A DNA stretch of 64,000 nt from Utricularia gibba (GCA_002189035.1 NEEC01000007.1:496001-560000); one strand, 5' to 3'. Positions 26,308 through 40,465 are shown, numbered from the stretch's first letter. A program made the numbers and translations. Notes: a model not told the origin generated them from the sequence alone.

Positions 26308-29300
26308 TTAGGAAGGCATATCCCAGTAACCAGGCTGCTGCAAAGTGAACTTGGGGGGCAGCACCATCAATGGTTCTTCTGCGATGCATCGGTTGTAGGC
26401 TGCTCCGAGTGCATATCCCAATGCTCGCGCCACGGGGATAGACACGGCGTTTCCGATCTGCCGATATCTGTCTTTGATCGATCCACTGAACATGTAGAAG
26501 TCGGGGAAGCCCTGAAGCCTAGCACACTCTCGTAAGGTGAGGATTCTGTCCTGCTCAGGATGCAGGATGGCCTGGCGAATGATATTTGGTAATGTGAGCA
26601 AAGTTGAGAGTGTCTCGTCCCACCAGAGACGGCCATAAGGTACTTTGGATTTCCCTTCATCGAAACTCAATGCACTATCAGGAACCAAGAGCTTTCCTGT
26701 TGGTAGCAGCAGCGGACCTGTTTTTTCATCACGGCGTGCCACATTGTCCTGGCCAACGATGATGCCGGGAAGATCCCTGAAGTTGGCTCCTTTTCGATGT
26801 GGGATTTTCGAAGCACGGAGGAAATTGTCCTCCGACAGCTGCAGAGGCCGGTGATCATACAGAACTTGGGATGATGATGGCAGATTAGTAGTTCCCATGA
26901 TCTCAGCTTCGCTTAGTCTTATGTATGCCTGGAAATCTGTCTCCGGTGGTTTACTGTACTCCATTTTCTCTCGATGCTCATAGTTCGTGACAGGTGGGAG
27001 ATCGGAGATGGCATCCCGGAGGACTACTGCCGCTTCGAGCTGTCGAGGCTGCCCCTCGTCATATGCAACTATGTTCCTCTCGAACTCAATCGGAGGCCAG
27101 TATCTGACAACAACTTCATGTGTAGGAAGAGGGAACTGCGGCAGTTTTTCACTTGGATGAGCTCCCCAGATGAAGACACGCAAACGGAACTGCGGCAGTC
27201 CATAGCAGCCAGAGGCCATCGTCCCCAGCCGAGCTTGGAATCTCATCCCTACCAAACGGCTCAGTGCATATCTTGCCAGAGACGCACCGTCGAACTTGAT
27301 GATGTCCACCACATTCTCCATCAAAACATATTTGGGCTTCAAGAAGTTGATGATATCCATGAAAACTATAATCTGCCTGTTTCTCTCGTCTGAAAAAGGG
27401 GACTCAGAGTTCCGGAAACGATTGTAACCACTGATTCCTTGGCATGGAGGGCCTCCACAGATAACATCAGTCTCGCCCTGCAACGCATCTGTTAAACAGA
27501 AGGAAGAGTGGCGATACTCGCCAGCTATATCAAGTACTTACTGGAAGTGGAAGAATCTTGGATTCAAAGCCTCGTGCAATGAAATCTCGTATCCGTTCTT
27601 CGCAATTTCTTAGAGACAACAGCAGCAGGTTTCAATGTTACTATGGATGCATAGCTTTGGTTCCCATGTATCAAAGGCTGGATATGAAAAGCCTCACCTC
27701 AGACTCTCTATTGGTTCCCATGTATCATCACTTGAACTGTAACCTTTCCAACGCACCTATGAACATGCTCATCTATTAAAATCATGCCAAGAATGAGAGT
27801 TCATGCTTGCCTGCTTGTCCTGGAAATTTGTAAATGCAAGTGACAGACCTTGAAGTGCAGCCGGCGTCTCCCATTTTCAGATGGATCACCATAGCAAATG
27901 TCAACAAGCTGGGAGACCTCATATTCCTCTTCATCCAATTCGAGCTTTTGCTGAGTGACTTTCACTTTCGTAGGCTCTTTACATCTATGAGTCAGTGTTC
28001 TATTTGGATCAGGCAAATACATGTCACAAAGTTTCTTCCATTGCCTTAATAGCTCTAAGAAATCTTCAGCAGTTTCATTCCTGACCTACAGAAGCATGCA
28101 TTACCAGAGGGCTATAAAGAATTGGAAACCAGCACTACTATGAATTAGCACACGTACCATTGTTTCTGGGTGATTCAGTCGTAGACTGTCGCATGCAGAG
28201 CTATCCAGATCGACTGCCCATTTCTGAAGAAGATGGGAAAAAACGACAAAATCATAATGAACTCAAGATTGTATAGAAGATGAAGCAGCCTTAGAAAACG
28301 TATTATTACGGTAACAAGATTTGTTCCTGAAAGCTTTGCACCATGACATAACCCAGTTGACATTCCACCGCAGCCTGCGTATAGATCTAGCAGCCATAAT
28401 TCACCTTTTGAGGACTTGATAGAGTCATAGCCAAAGGGATTCTTCAAAAATTGCGGGATTTTTAGCATTTCATCAGAACGCTCCCCATCCAACAAGAACA
28501 ATGGCCTATCCATTGAGGTTTCTGAAAGGCAGATGAGCAAACGAATAAATGTACTTGATACTCAAAAAACATATATACCAAGAGGAAAAATGAACTCTCA
28601 GCTGGATTACTGACCATCACATAAACTACGAAAAGACGAATACTCTACACAGTATTCCATGTCATAGTAGAAGGCAGCTGATTGATTTAGCTTTGGTTTC
28701 AGATTTATCTACATAAACAGAATTTTATAATCATCACATAAGAGAGAAAGCAGAAAGAAGATATCTGAAGCATCAAGGACAAGAAATGCAAATGGGGATA
28801 AGAAACAATAAACTTAAGGCCAACATGCCAGCAACAGACCGAAGGTAGTATTTTGACAACTTTGACTTTTGATATAATGCAGCCCAATAAGTTGTCATTC
28901 ATCAAGGTTGAGTAGAATAAGCGTCTTTTATCAAGTGTAGCAGCAGTATCCTTCAAAACCTGGAAGGCCAAATGGTAGACTAGTATTAAAAAAGTAAGCC
29001 TTTTTCCCACAAATGCTATACAGAACATCACTGCTGGGAAGAAAAAAAAATAAGGGTTTACAATGTACTGACTGTATCTTCAGCTCGAAAGAACCACTGA
29101 ACCCTAAAGTAGTCCTCTCCCTCAACTGTTCTGAAAAACTCTAAAATCTTTCCAACATGTCTCTTATTTTCCTCACCCTGAAGTTATTCTCGAGACATCA
29201 ATCTTGAAATCTCAAAGGAAAAAACAACTGCTAGGTAGTCGATGACATTATAACAATGCCTCTTTTAATAAGATCTGAGTTTAGCGAGCATTACTTTCAC

Positions 29301-30818
29301 AATTACACAATCTCCAATATCAAGAATGCAGCTACCAATCCTGGCTTGAGCATAGTGAGAATCTACATTCAGTATGATTTCATCTTCTTCTCCTGCACTG
29401 TTGTTCCACGAAAAAAACTAAATGTACATAGATTCAAGAAACCTATGAAATGAAAAGCAAAAACAAAAGACTAGAGTTCACTCACTTTAATTTCATGTAT
29501 CCACCATCACTTTTGCGCTGCACAGTCAAGAATAAACTGAAATTAGAGTGACCACTACAAGACAGATTTCAGCACCACTTGAAGGTATATCTTTTGAAGC
29601 TACTAGAATATGGTTCAAGTCAAAGTTTTGCAATTAGAACCACATATCCCTGATCGCAAGCCACCAATTCTTGCATTTAACCAGTTATCTCTACAGGTTT
29701 TGCACTAAATCGATCAATTACCTTAAGCTCATACCTCCAGTGCCATTTCTCTTGAGCAATTTCTTCAAGAATTGGCTCCCCTACAAAACAGCATACGCTT
29801 GCCTTTTTATTTCCATCCTCGGAGAACTTAAACTTTGAATCCGATCTGCGGTTATCCCCGACGCTCCACACCTTTTTTCACTAAACCGAACCCTGGGCCG
29901 TATGTACTTCCCACCTATTAAGGTAGGGGCATCACACCTCTCCCTGTTCGGAAACTTTGAATCATCAATCTGCTTCTTTAAAAGAGGGGTTGAACTTCCG
30001 GGCATCGAGATCAAACCAGATTCATTTCCCAGAAGAATAGTTTTCGAAATTGCAGCATTCTTAAGGTTATAGCTCTTTCTGTTTGCGTTAGGCTCCCCAG
30101 TCCCTGTTTTTCTAACAGCCTTCACCGGCTCCCTGGCCACAGCAATTTTCACAACTCTTGATCTTAAGCACATTCTCCTGAGTTCAGAATCACTTGTCAC
30201 TGAACAGTTCTCAGAAACTTCACCCAGTTTGATTAGATCACCCTTCCAGTTTAAGCGCTCGTCTTTTCTAACTTCCACAGTAATTTTCACGACTCTTGAT
30301 CTTAAGCACATTCTCCTGATCTCAGAACCACTTTTCACAGAAGAATTATCAGAGCCTGTTTTATCCAATTTGATCAAAGAGTTCGAGTACTTGTCTTTTC
30401 TATCTTTAACCGGGATCATAACGACGCTATTCAAAGAGAGGGACCCAGATTCCGTTTCCGAGAATCCGTTGAGTCTCGGAGACCTGCGTAAACCAGGGAT
30501 AACTTTCTTCTCCGGCGGCTCCTCTCCGTCATTTTCCGCCGGAAGGCGACGGCGTTTCTTTAAATTAGAAACAACAATGCTCCTATCAACCAATCCAGAA
30601 ACCTCTTCTACTCTTCTTCTTACAGCGGCGCTGCTTTGAAATGGTGTCCTGTACTTGCTACTAGTAGATCTCTCGGATCTGCGCAAGATGATTCCCTCTT
30701 TAGAAAACGGGTGAAACACAGTCAACGGCCCCTGTTCCTCATACAATACCAAGCCCAATCCATCCCCTGAAGGTGGTGGCGCAGAAGAAGCCAAAGTCCG
30801 GCACCGCCGTGTCTTCAT
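26308..30818 (-). CDS. CMT2: Chromomethylase, CMT2-type DNA cytosine-5 methyltransferase, 12 exons, with an apparent 1-nt frameshift in exon 1 (near 29873-29878)
   Basis: Exons 30818-29722, 29517-29486, 29397-29295, 29177-29073, 28959-28840, 28708-28615, 28521-28310, 28223-28158, 28085-27849, 27756-27698, 27608-27542 and 27477-26308. Long disordered N-terminus with RRSPRL, then FVGEPI...WHWRY. BAH domain (VQWFFRAEDT), motif I LDLYAGCGG, chromodomain YEV..LVDICYGDP...VRWKGY...DTWEP, catalytic GGPPCQG, ENV and RQIGNAV. Confidence 0.93.
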
Positions 30819-31166
30819 TCCGCCGCCACCATCGATGAAATCCGGGCAGGACTGTGATTCCCAAAAAGGAAACGGCCGAGTCAGAGGTCTATGCTTTCCC
30901 CCAGAAATGCAATTATTGCCACTGTAAAAACAACATTTAATGATTTCTTGTTTTTATGGGTTAGTTAAGTGTAATTTTCTATCAAGAAAAAAAAACTAAT
31001 TTTTATATTGGAAAAATATAAATCGATTTTACCCACGTGTTTGATAACTGGTTCTGTAGTGGAACTATGGAAGTGTTATCCATCTGCTGTCAAACAGAAA
31101 GATGAGATTTTTTTCATTAACCTGTAGAAGACAAGGAGCTTACAGACAATATGAACAAGCAACAGA

Positions 31167-34100
31167 TCAGTATCTGGTTCCGTAGTACTGATACTGAGGA
31201 TCATACTCGTATCTATAGAAGTTGTTCTCCAGCTCGAGTTCATACTCATACTGCTGATACAACTGTGATGGTTCCTCATCTTGAAGATTGTAACCCTTTT
31301 GTGGTGATGGAGAACTGGGCTTAGTTTCAGCTGCAGCCATCTGGTTTTTGTCGACTCGGACTTCAACGAGCTCAACTTCTTCGAATGATCGAAAAATGGG
31401 ATGAAGGTATGCATCAGAAAGGTAGGACTTGAGGGTGATGTCTGATTCAGGGGGCTGATCTTGTTTGTCCTTGGTCATGGCTTCCTGTAATAACAGAGTG
31501 ATCAGATCTGTCAAGTGGTTTGAAGAAGACGAGTGAGTTTGTATCCATGGATTACCTCCAGAGGATATTTCCGGAACGCAGGCTCGAAACGATTCTTGCA
31601 GTACTTGTGGAAGGTTAGAGTTATCAGCGGTAAGAAGATGAGCAGTGGAGTGGAATTGGCAGCACTTTTTGTGCTCAAGAGACCTAGTAGAAGTAACTGG
31701 GATATGAGTAAGCTGGCAACGACTCGTGAATGGAAGTGTGGCCAAAATGCTGCAGCGCTCTCGTACTCTTGATGGTACACATTTATCACCTGAAATGAAA
31801 ATGAAGTAAGCACAAGATGCATGAAGGCAAATGAATGATGCATCACTGCTGACCTGATGCCGGTAGACGAAGTATGCGAATGCGAAGAAGATTAGAATGA
31901 ATGGAAGAAGTATGGGAGTGACAACCATGTAGACTATCCCCAGAAGGTAATAGAGTTGCAGGGATGGCAATGCTTCAGGAAGATTAACACCTCCCGGTTC
32001 AGTTGCCTTCTCCAAGTCTCTATCCGTTTTCACAATGAAGGTTTTTTTGAAATAAAAGATGGCTAGTTCCTTCAGTCGGAGGATTTCACCGGCTATGCCG
32101 GCCCAGCCATCAACCATTATGTATGTTATGAAGAATGTTGCCTTCATTGGTATTGAAACTCCAATGTTTCTTGGGATTCTGCAGTAGAGGAAGGATTATC
32201 ATTCAGAAATCATATGAAGGTAATAACCAAGTAGCATGCATAATCCAGGTTTAGAGAACAAGGACATCACTGGGTTGCAGATTGATGGAGAAAAGAATCA
32301 AGCTGTTGGAATGCTGTTCCAGTAACTATGCTGCCCAAGAACACGTTGACAAGCATGAAATAGTAGTATTTGGCTGCAGTCCTTCGTTGCAATTCAGATG
32401 TAGAGATATAGCCTTCGATTTTCGACATGACCATCAGAAGAGCAGGAAGGAAATACAAGAAAATTTTGAGGGTGAGACCAGGAAGGAAACCCTGTAGGAA
32501 TGACTTGATGAATCCCCTGCCACCAGATATAAAGTATCAGGGACTTGCACAAAAGATTCTCATCATATTACAAATTCACTTACCATTCGACTAATGGTCT
32601 GAGAAAAGGTGCAACTCTCTCGAGGCCTTCTAGATTGGCCAGTGATTGAACAAAAGCAATAGGAATCATGTAAAAGAAGATCAATGCAAACACAGCCAGT
32701 GAAATCACAAGCCTCCTTATGCTCAGTGAAACTAATGGGATTGCCAAGTTTTTCCAGTACACATCACGAGGTTCAGGTGCCCATTCTGTCAGCCACAATG
32801 CGGGATTCTTGCTCTGCTGAGTCTGTGCACAAACGGCTGCACCCCATCTTGAATTGAATGATACAAAGGCAGCCGGTGTTACATACTTGGGATCCTTGAT
32901 AGTTTCTTGGCGTTCCGTTGTTAACTAAGAGGAGATGAAAAGCATACTAAAACCTGGACATAATGAGGTGGTATGTGTGAACTCAACTTAAAAGCTGCAT
33001 ACACACCTTTTTATCAAGAAGCTTTATTTGCTCTTGGTAATATTCAATCGAATCCACCTTTTCGCCAAAGAGTCCAAAAAGGCCATTCTGGAAGAGGATT
33101 TGTATACTATGAAAAACAATATCTCATCAATGAAAACTTGCAGAGCTAGATGTATACCTTCCTTCTTGGCCTTTTATGTGGATGTCTCTCAAACTTAAGC
33201 TGATTGTAGTCAAGCCAATTTTGAAGGCGGTTTCTCTTTTCGACTAGTTTTGCAAACTTGTTTGCATTGTAAACAGCCTGCATTCCGACATCTTGATGGA
33301 AGTACTACCAGCGAGAACCTAATTATACCCACTAAAAGATCAGAATCATTCATTACCTGGTGGCATAAATAGTGATTAGGATGATTTCTGCTAAAGAAGG
33401 CATCAGCACTGTCGGATACAGAGCGGTCTGAATGTCTTGGTATATTTCTAACAAGAACCTGACATTGTTGAAATATAACTACATTCAACTGGCATGATCT
33501 GACATTTCACCAGGGAACAACAGCAGGAAGCATTGCAGCCAAAACACTCAAAAAGTTGTGTCAACTGCAACAAGCACGTCTTGATTTAAAGAGGAATAGA
33601 TGTACAACTGACCGTGAACTGCTCTGCACATTTCCCTCGTGAAGCCAAAAACTCAGTCCGCATTGATGCGACAATGTCATATTCCTTATATAACATGTAA
33701 CAAACCCAAAATGTAAACAAGTATTCCAGGGATATGTGGATGAAGAACCTGAGATTAGAAACAATGGTTGGCTTCCTACTCTTCAATTAGATGAAGAAGT
33801 GATCTATATGTAAAGACACAAACCAGATTTGCTGATGCAGATTTTAGCCTTCTAGGCTTTGTGTAACTAGAGAAGTTTTAATCTTCATAGAAAAATCCAA
33901 CTTACTTCGATGATCTTGGACGAACATTCGATATGGAGAGCCTGTCAACATCGTTGACAACCAAGTCACGGCGAAGGAAAAAAAGAACTCCATCAGATAC
34001 GTTCACTGGAATCAGAATCAGAAGGGCAACAATTGCTATTGGCCCGAATATTTTCAGCCTAAAAGAGAAGCAGAAAATTTTCGGGTGATCAGTTCATGAA

Positions 34101-34730
34101 GTTGTAATAAAACAATGTCCAAGGTTCTTGCATTAATCATTGAGTGATCAACAGAAGTGCAAAAGTAAAACCTTAAAACAGAACAATGAACCGTGAACCA
34201 CACAGAGCTAAGAAAGGCAGCCAATAATGAGGAGCTCGTTTGATGCAAATATCACGTAGGCTTCAAACAACATAAGAAATCAATCTACATAACTGGAAAA
34301 AAGATCGAACTTTTCAAAAGTGCCCAACTGAACCATCACAGTCCAAATTAAGCTGCACAAAGGATGCTGATGTAACAAAACAAAAGACCAGATGAATCTT
34401 CTTCTGTTAAAATTACCCAAGAGCATAAATCCTCAGGAAAACCGCAGAATCAAGCCCAGCATGGCTGATAAGTTCAGCTTCACTCATCTTCAGTGCTCCA
34501 GGCATCCAATTGAGAAAGGTGAGATAAGTTTTTATATTGAGGTTAACATATCTTCCCACAACACCACCCCAGCCTCTTGGAGTAGTCCTTTTCCCTTCCA
34601 TGTACCACTTAGAGAAGTAAACTCTGTCATTGATGGGCTGGATCCTCAGCAACGCAAACCCCAACAAGAAAGCGAAGGTAGTCAATATATTGACGAGCGC
34701 AGATACCCCAATATCACCCAAAGTTGCCAT
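31167..34730 (-). CDS. OSCA1: OSCA/CSC1/ERD4 (TMEM63) hyperosmolality-gated Ca2+-permeable channel, clade 1, about 11 exons
   Basis: Motifs: MATLGDIGVSA, LRIQPINDRVYF, HAGLDSAVFLRIY, FTVLVRNIP, AFVSFNSRWGAAVCAQTQQ, WAPEPRDVYW, SIPMKATFFITYIMVDGWAG and YQEYESAAAFWP. All exons join in frame. Confidence 0.95.
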
Positions 34731-35391
34731 GAGCTTCTACCTCGAAACTCAAGTTTAGAGAGAAGAGAAGGGAAAGGACCAGACGTGGGTCTTGAAAGTT
34801 GGTTAAAGGGAATGATTTCAGACGAATATAAGCTGCTTTATTGGTGGCCCTAGTGCTGTCCAACTAGCTAATAAAAGTGGGATCAGTGATTGCTGCTTCT
34901 AACCAAACTCCAACGCAAAAAAATTATCCACTACTCGTGCTTGGCTGTGCTTTCTTGTTGGTTTAGGAGCTGGGTTACGGAAAAAGAAACTCCACCCCCC
35001 AATCATCCCAAATGCAAGTCAACTAAAGTAAAAGTTGTTCGTGGCCATCGAAAGTTTTCTTCTTTGTTTGACTGCTGCTCTAATCTCTCTCCACACATTC
35101 ACTGCTCCACGGATGACCAATAATTGCGAAGCCAGGAATAACATTTGTTGCTCCTATAAACTCTGATCCCATCCTCGGAAAGAGCAAATAATTGCATATT
35201 GACACCCCAAATGATTGTGGCTTGGATTTCTAGCTCCCTTCAATTATTTGGAATTCCAGCCCCCAAATAATTTGACATAACAGTTGATCAACATACCATT
35301 ATAGCCCCTTCACTCCATTCTTATTCTTCGCAAATATCTGTTTTTTTCTTCCTATCTTACAAGGGCTGCTAAATTACTATGAGCCCATAAG

Positions 35392-38300
35392 TTAAGAACT
35401 AGACAGAGCGACACAAGCAACTCCATATAGAAGCCCCGCCATAAGAAGACCAATCGCACTGGTCTTCATTGGCATCCTTCCTTCATCTACTCGAAAGCTC
35501 ATAGCTTCATAGAAAGGCATTGCATTCACAACTCCAAAACCAACAACCGCCATTTGCAGGAAGAACTCATCACCACTACTTCCCTGACGCATGCATAGAA
35601 CACATCCCCATATAAACGCCACCAAGTTCAGGATGGCAGCGGCAACCGAAGGCACGAGCATCGGAGAATGAACTCCGAACTCGAACACACAACGATCGTA
35701 TCGTTTGCGTTGCTCGTCGCTCGACACTTTGCTAGTTATGTTGAACCCATGGGTAGCTATCCCCAGATGCTTCGCGGTGTACTCGATGAGTCCAAATAGA
35801 TGCGCGGAGAGACCCTGTATAAACCACATTCTTTGGCAGTTCCACCATCTAAGAAACGTCCCCTCCTTCGAAATAGTCTCAAAACACTCTTGAGCAAAGG
35901 GCCCAACAAACAGGAACAAGCACACCAATGACCATGGATCCTTAATCTGAAAAAGAAAACCACAATCCGCTCCTAAAAAACAAGGCCATATCATACGCCA
36001 ACAGAATCAAGAACTCATGCACGAAATTCCGAGTCAAGAAACACAAATCATACCTCGGGAAAAATGGGAATCCCTCTCAGAAGAGCCAACGAGGGCAAGA
36101 AGGCGTAGATGGAAACCGGAATTGAGCGAATGGGCCAAAAGGAGTAGTGGGCATAACCGAGGCCCATTAAGAGCCCCACCGACTTCACACCAAACGTTAA
36201 TGGGCCGTCTTCTGAAAACCCAGTCTCCAAAAGCCCAATGCACCATCTCTTCATCTGCCCCAACGTGTCTGCTAAAGATATCGGAGCATCTCCCAGAAAA
36301 GCAGGCCTTTTGGGATCACAGAACACCGATCGCCACCCTCTGCAGTGCAGTCGAAACCCCGTGTAGTAGTCCTCAACCAAGGACCCATAAAAGAACCCAA
36401 TCTGCATTCCAAAAGAACCCATCATCAGGCTATGGAGTTTTCCTTTTCCAGACAGAAAGGTAGGTTTTACCTTAGAACCCCAATCCTTCTGATTCTCATA
36501 CTCGCTGTTCGCAACAAGCTGTGCTGCGTTTAAGAGTACCGGATCATCAATCCCCTTGTCCGGAACGTGATACGGGTCGAGCATTCGGTTCTCCGGTTCG
36601 ATATACGACGAGGGGCCGCCGAAAAACACCCGCCGGCGGAAGAAGCAGCAGGTCCCGACGTGGGTCGGTCCCCGGAGCCCATCCAATCCCATGGGGTTCA
36701 CTTGGAAAGGCATCTTGACTTCTCCGCTGTAGATGTCGCCCTTGTTGATCCCATGGAAGACCTGCGGGAACTGAACAAACCCAATGTCCGGCTTCGCCGG
36801 TGGACTCAAATCGTTCAAGTAACTCAGCATTCGCTGCGCCGTGATCGGGTCGTTTGAGAACATGTCGCAGTCCAGAGTAAGTAGAACTGGGGAGTTCGTC
36901 AGACACGCCGATACCCGAATCTGCAAAAATGGTGACGAATAATTTTATTTTTAAAAAAAAAATAATAAAAATTTATTAAATATAAAAATAGAAAATATTT
37001 CAAACATAATGTCAATTTAAAAAATAAATTGGGAAAAAATGAAGTAATATGCAATTTTCTTTAAAAAAAAGAAAGAAAGAAAAACGGACCAGGACATTGA
37101 GGGCCCCGGCCTTGTAGTGATGTGGAACGGTTCGTTTCTTTTCTCTAGACACGTAGACAAGGTTCGGCATGGGGACACCGCCCGCGTCCTTATCTTTCTT
37201 TGAATTTAATAAAACCTGAAAAATAAAAATATGTCAACTACCGGATTTCAAGATTTTGTTAATGTGGAAACAACATTTAATAATTTTTTCAAAAAAATAA
37301 ATATTGGATAACAAAATATTTAACTCATCAAATTAAGCATTCGAGAAAAATGAACTAAATCCTATTATTTTATATTTTTAAAAATTGTAAAAAAAAATTT
37401 TACATCACGAATGACACACATTAAATATTTGGGTTGTCCATCTTCCCAACTGCACATCATTGAATATGGCCCAGAATTTATTATTTAATTTAAAAAAAAC
37501 TCCTGGCCAACATTTAAAAGAAAAAGGCAATTTATCTTTCTTTTTTTTTTTGGGTATTGAACACCGACTTTTTCTAACCTGAATTACAGTGGGGTGATCC
37601 TGCTTCGAGAAGCCGTTGACTCTGAATTGGCGCAGTATCTGAATCTGATCTTCTCCGGCGATGTCATCGCTAACTCTTCCACGATCCACCGTTCTTTCGA
37701 TGTTCACTTTCATGCTTTCGTACATAGTATGCAGTAAACTGTGCTCCTAAAATTCGAATGAAAGGAGTGTGGGCTGTGCCAGTGGTGGAACATGAGGTAG
37801 AAGAAGAAAGGGGCCATGGGGTTTTTCTTTTTTCTTTTTAGTTGCTTGAGGGCTCTGTGAATAGAAGAATTACCTGTATCTTCTGGTGCTTGCTGTGACT
37901 GGAATTGAAATAAGTTTGTGGATTTCTGTCCATGATGTTGTTCTCCCTGCAAAACTGTAGCCACTTGTTGGCGAATTTTGCAGCCTCCATGAGAGCGAAC
38001 ATGGTGAGCTCCGATCCACCGTCGTCAGAGACGTAAACGGAGAGCTTCTCAGGGGGGTAGTCGTACGCCATCACCGACAACGCGGTGTTCACCGCCACAA
38101 TAGGGGGCTCCTTGAACGGATCGGCGGTGCATATGAATATGTCGATGGGAGGGGAGTCTTTCCGTCTGATGTGATGCGGCAGATTCTCCGGAAACTCCTG
38201 CCGGGTGAGGGGGTTGATGCGAAAGACTTGTCCGGTGAGCCAGATGAAGGCGAAGAGAGAATCAGCGATGAGGAGGAGAAGCGGCGTGACGGCGGAAGAG

Positions 38301-38449
38301 GCGTGGACGAGGGCGAGTACGTGACGGTAGAGGAGGGAGAGGACGGCTAAGGAGTACACGAATGCGAATACGCGGTTGAAGTAGCGGCGGCGTAGTGGCC
38401 GGAAAGTGTGGAGAGGCGGCGGCCGTGAAACCACTTCGCTGTCCGCCAT
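35392..38449 (-). CDS. CSLG: Cellulose synthase-like G (GT2), copy A, 6 exons; exon 2 acceptor is abnormal
   Basis: Exons 38449-37874, 37746(or 37728)-37579, 37215-37090, 36920-36471, 36401-36054 and 35946-35392. D,D,D,QxxRW motifs: ADPFKEPP, DDGGS, LDCD, LVED and QMKRW; also YKAGALN. The N-terminus matches CslG. Confidence 0.92.
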
Positions 38450-40465
38450 TTTCCTTGGCGTGGAAACTTGCGTCAGTGCTTGTCCAATGCCCTTTTTAAA
38501 AATGTATTTTCCAATCGAATGTCACATCCATTTTTTCATTCTATTGTTTGTATAATTCAAGATGCTTGGATAATGGTATCACACGTAGACAAAAAATATT
38601 GAAAAATAAATATTTTACATTATTAAAAATCATATTCAATCTATTATAAAAACATTATAAAAAATAATTATTTAAATTTAATATTTATAAATTTTAATCT
38701 TAATTTTTATAAAAATTATTAAAATGAACAATATATTCAAATTGAACTCATCTAATTTTATATTTAACCATAGATTTTTAAAAATAAAAAATATCGTATT
38801 TTGACTCGTAATAAAAATCTATTATATATTATATTTTAAAATCGATAATCGAACCGATTACTCGTTATTTGCAATTAAATCGATGTTTACATCTGATTTG
38901 AAAACACAAACAAGGTGTTATAGGTAGTAGAAAAAGAGCATGTCTAAGTTATTAAGATAATTTGACTGATGAAAGTGAGGTAACGTACTCTATATGTAGT
39001 CTTCATTAGCTCATTAAATCAACTCCGACAGCGATGTTGGTTCCACAGAAGACATGTGAGAGGGTAATTTAAAAATTTGACCACTGTATTTTACTGTGTG
39101 ATAAATATAATCATCTTATATGATAAAAAATGAATTTATTGTGTGAGAGAGAAATGAATGATGGCCTTATAGAAAATCCGATGAATTTGTAGAAAAATGA
39201 GATTTATGTCGTTACAAACCTTATAAGCAAGACTGTGCCCGATGAATCAAGGCATCTATTACAAGAATTGCAATAAAATCATTTGTGTCGTAATACTAAG
39301 TTGACACTTGAAAAATCATTTTTGTTCCAAGAATTGTTTTTATATTCCAAATATTTATCCAATTTTTTGCTATCATAATTGGGTTTTGAAAATAGTTCCA
39401 ATTTTATCAGCAACTTGGGATCGCTTGTAAGATTTAAGAATAGATTATGAAATGTAAATTGTCGTATTTTTTAGGAACAATTCTAGTTGGTATATCTTTT
39501 CAAATATAGATATAAATAATTAATTCATTACATGTTTTAGAAAAGTATATATGATATTTTTTTTCAAAAATTTATAATTCTAATTAAATATATCCATTAA
39601 TTTTATTTAATAAAAAGTAATGATAAAAAGATATATACCATAAAAATTAATCATAATAATCACGTATTTTTCCAAATGCTCCCTAAGTTTCAATCCACTA
39701 ACCTCATTATGTCTCAAATAATTTACATTAATCATTGTTTATTTGACCCAAACCCGAAAACTAGGAATCCCAAAAACCGGAGACATGAGAGCCCGGTTGG
39801 ACCGGTGAAAACTATGGACACAAGTGTTTCCGGTTTAAACACAGCCAATGAGACGTATTCAACCGGACAGGAGGCATTAAACTTGGGCACGAAAACATAA
39901 TAACCCAAAACACATAGAAACTTCTTCCACTAGGAAGCTATCACGTTATTTCAAGGCAGTTCTAGTGGTCCGATTAGTTCGACAAAAATAGAAATCTAAA
40001 ACGACTCGTTTATCATACTATTACAAATATGAGAATATGAGAATGAATATATGTTCTGAATGTTAATGTGATTGGTGTTTATTGTAAGATTGCAATGAAG
40101 AGGAGTTTTGGGTTGTGCCAGCTCACACTAATTTATCACTGCAATGGATACTTTGGTTAGTGGTTTTTCTTGTTTTTTATTTTTTTGTTGTTTCCTTTTT
40201 TTTTATTGTGTGTTAAATGTGTGCATCAATTAGGGCTTTGTTGCCATGTGCAAAATCCCCAGAATTCATTGGGTGGCATTGTGGTAATTCCACATCCCTC
40301 TTAAAGAACTAGCCTCCAAAACTTGTATCCAATGCCATGATGGGAGATGGGAACAAGTTGCAACCACAACACATTTTCTACATGAGGCTGTGGCCGCTGC
40401 CATTTCGCTTCCCCGGCAGCCGCTAACTTCTCTGTGCCCTTCCCTCTTTGCTGACAATCGGAGAC

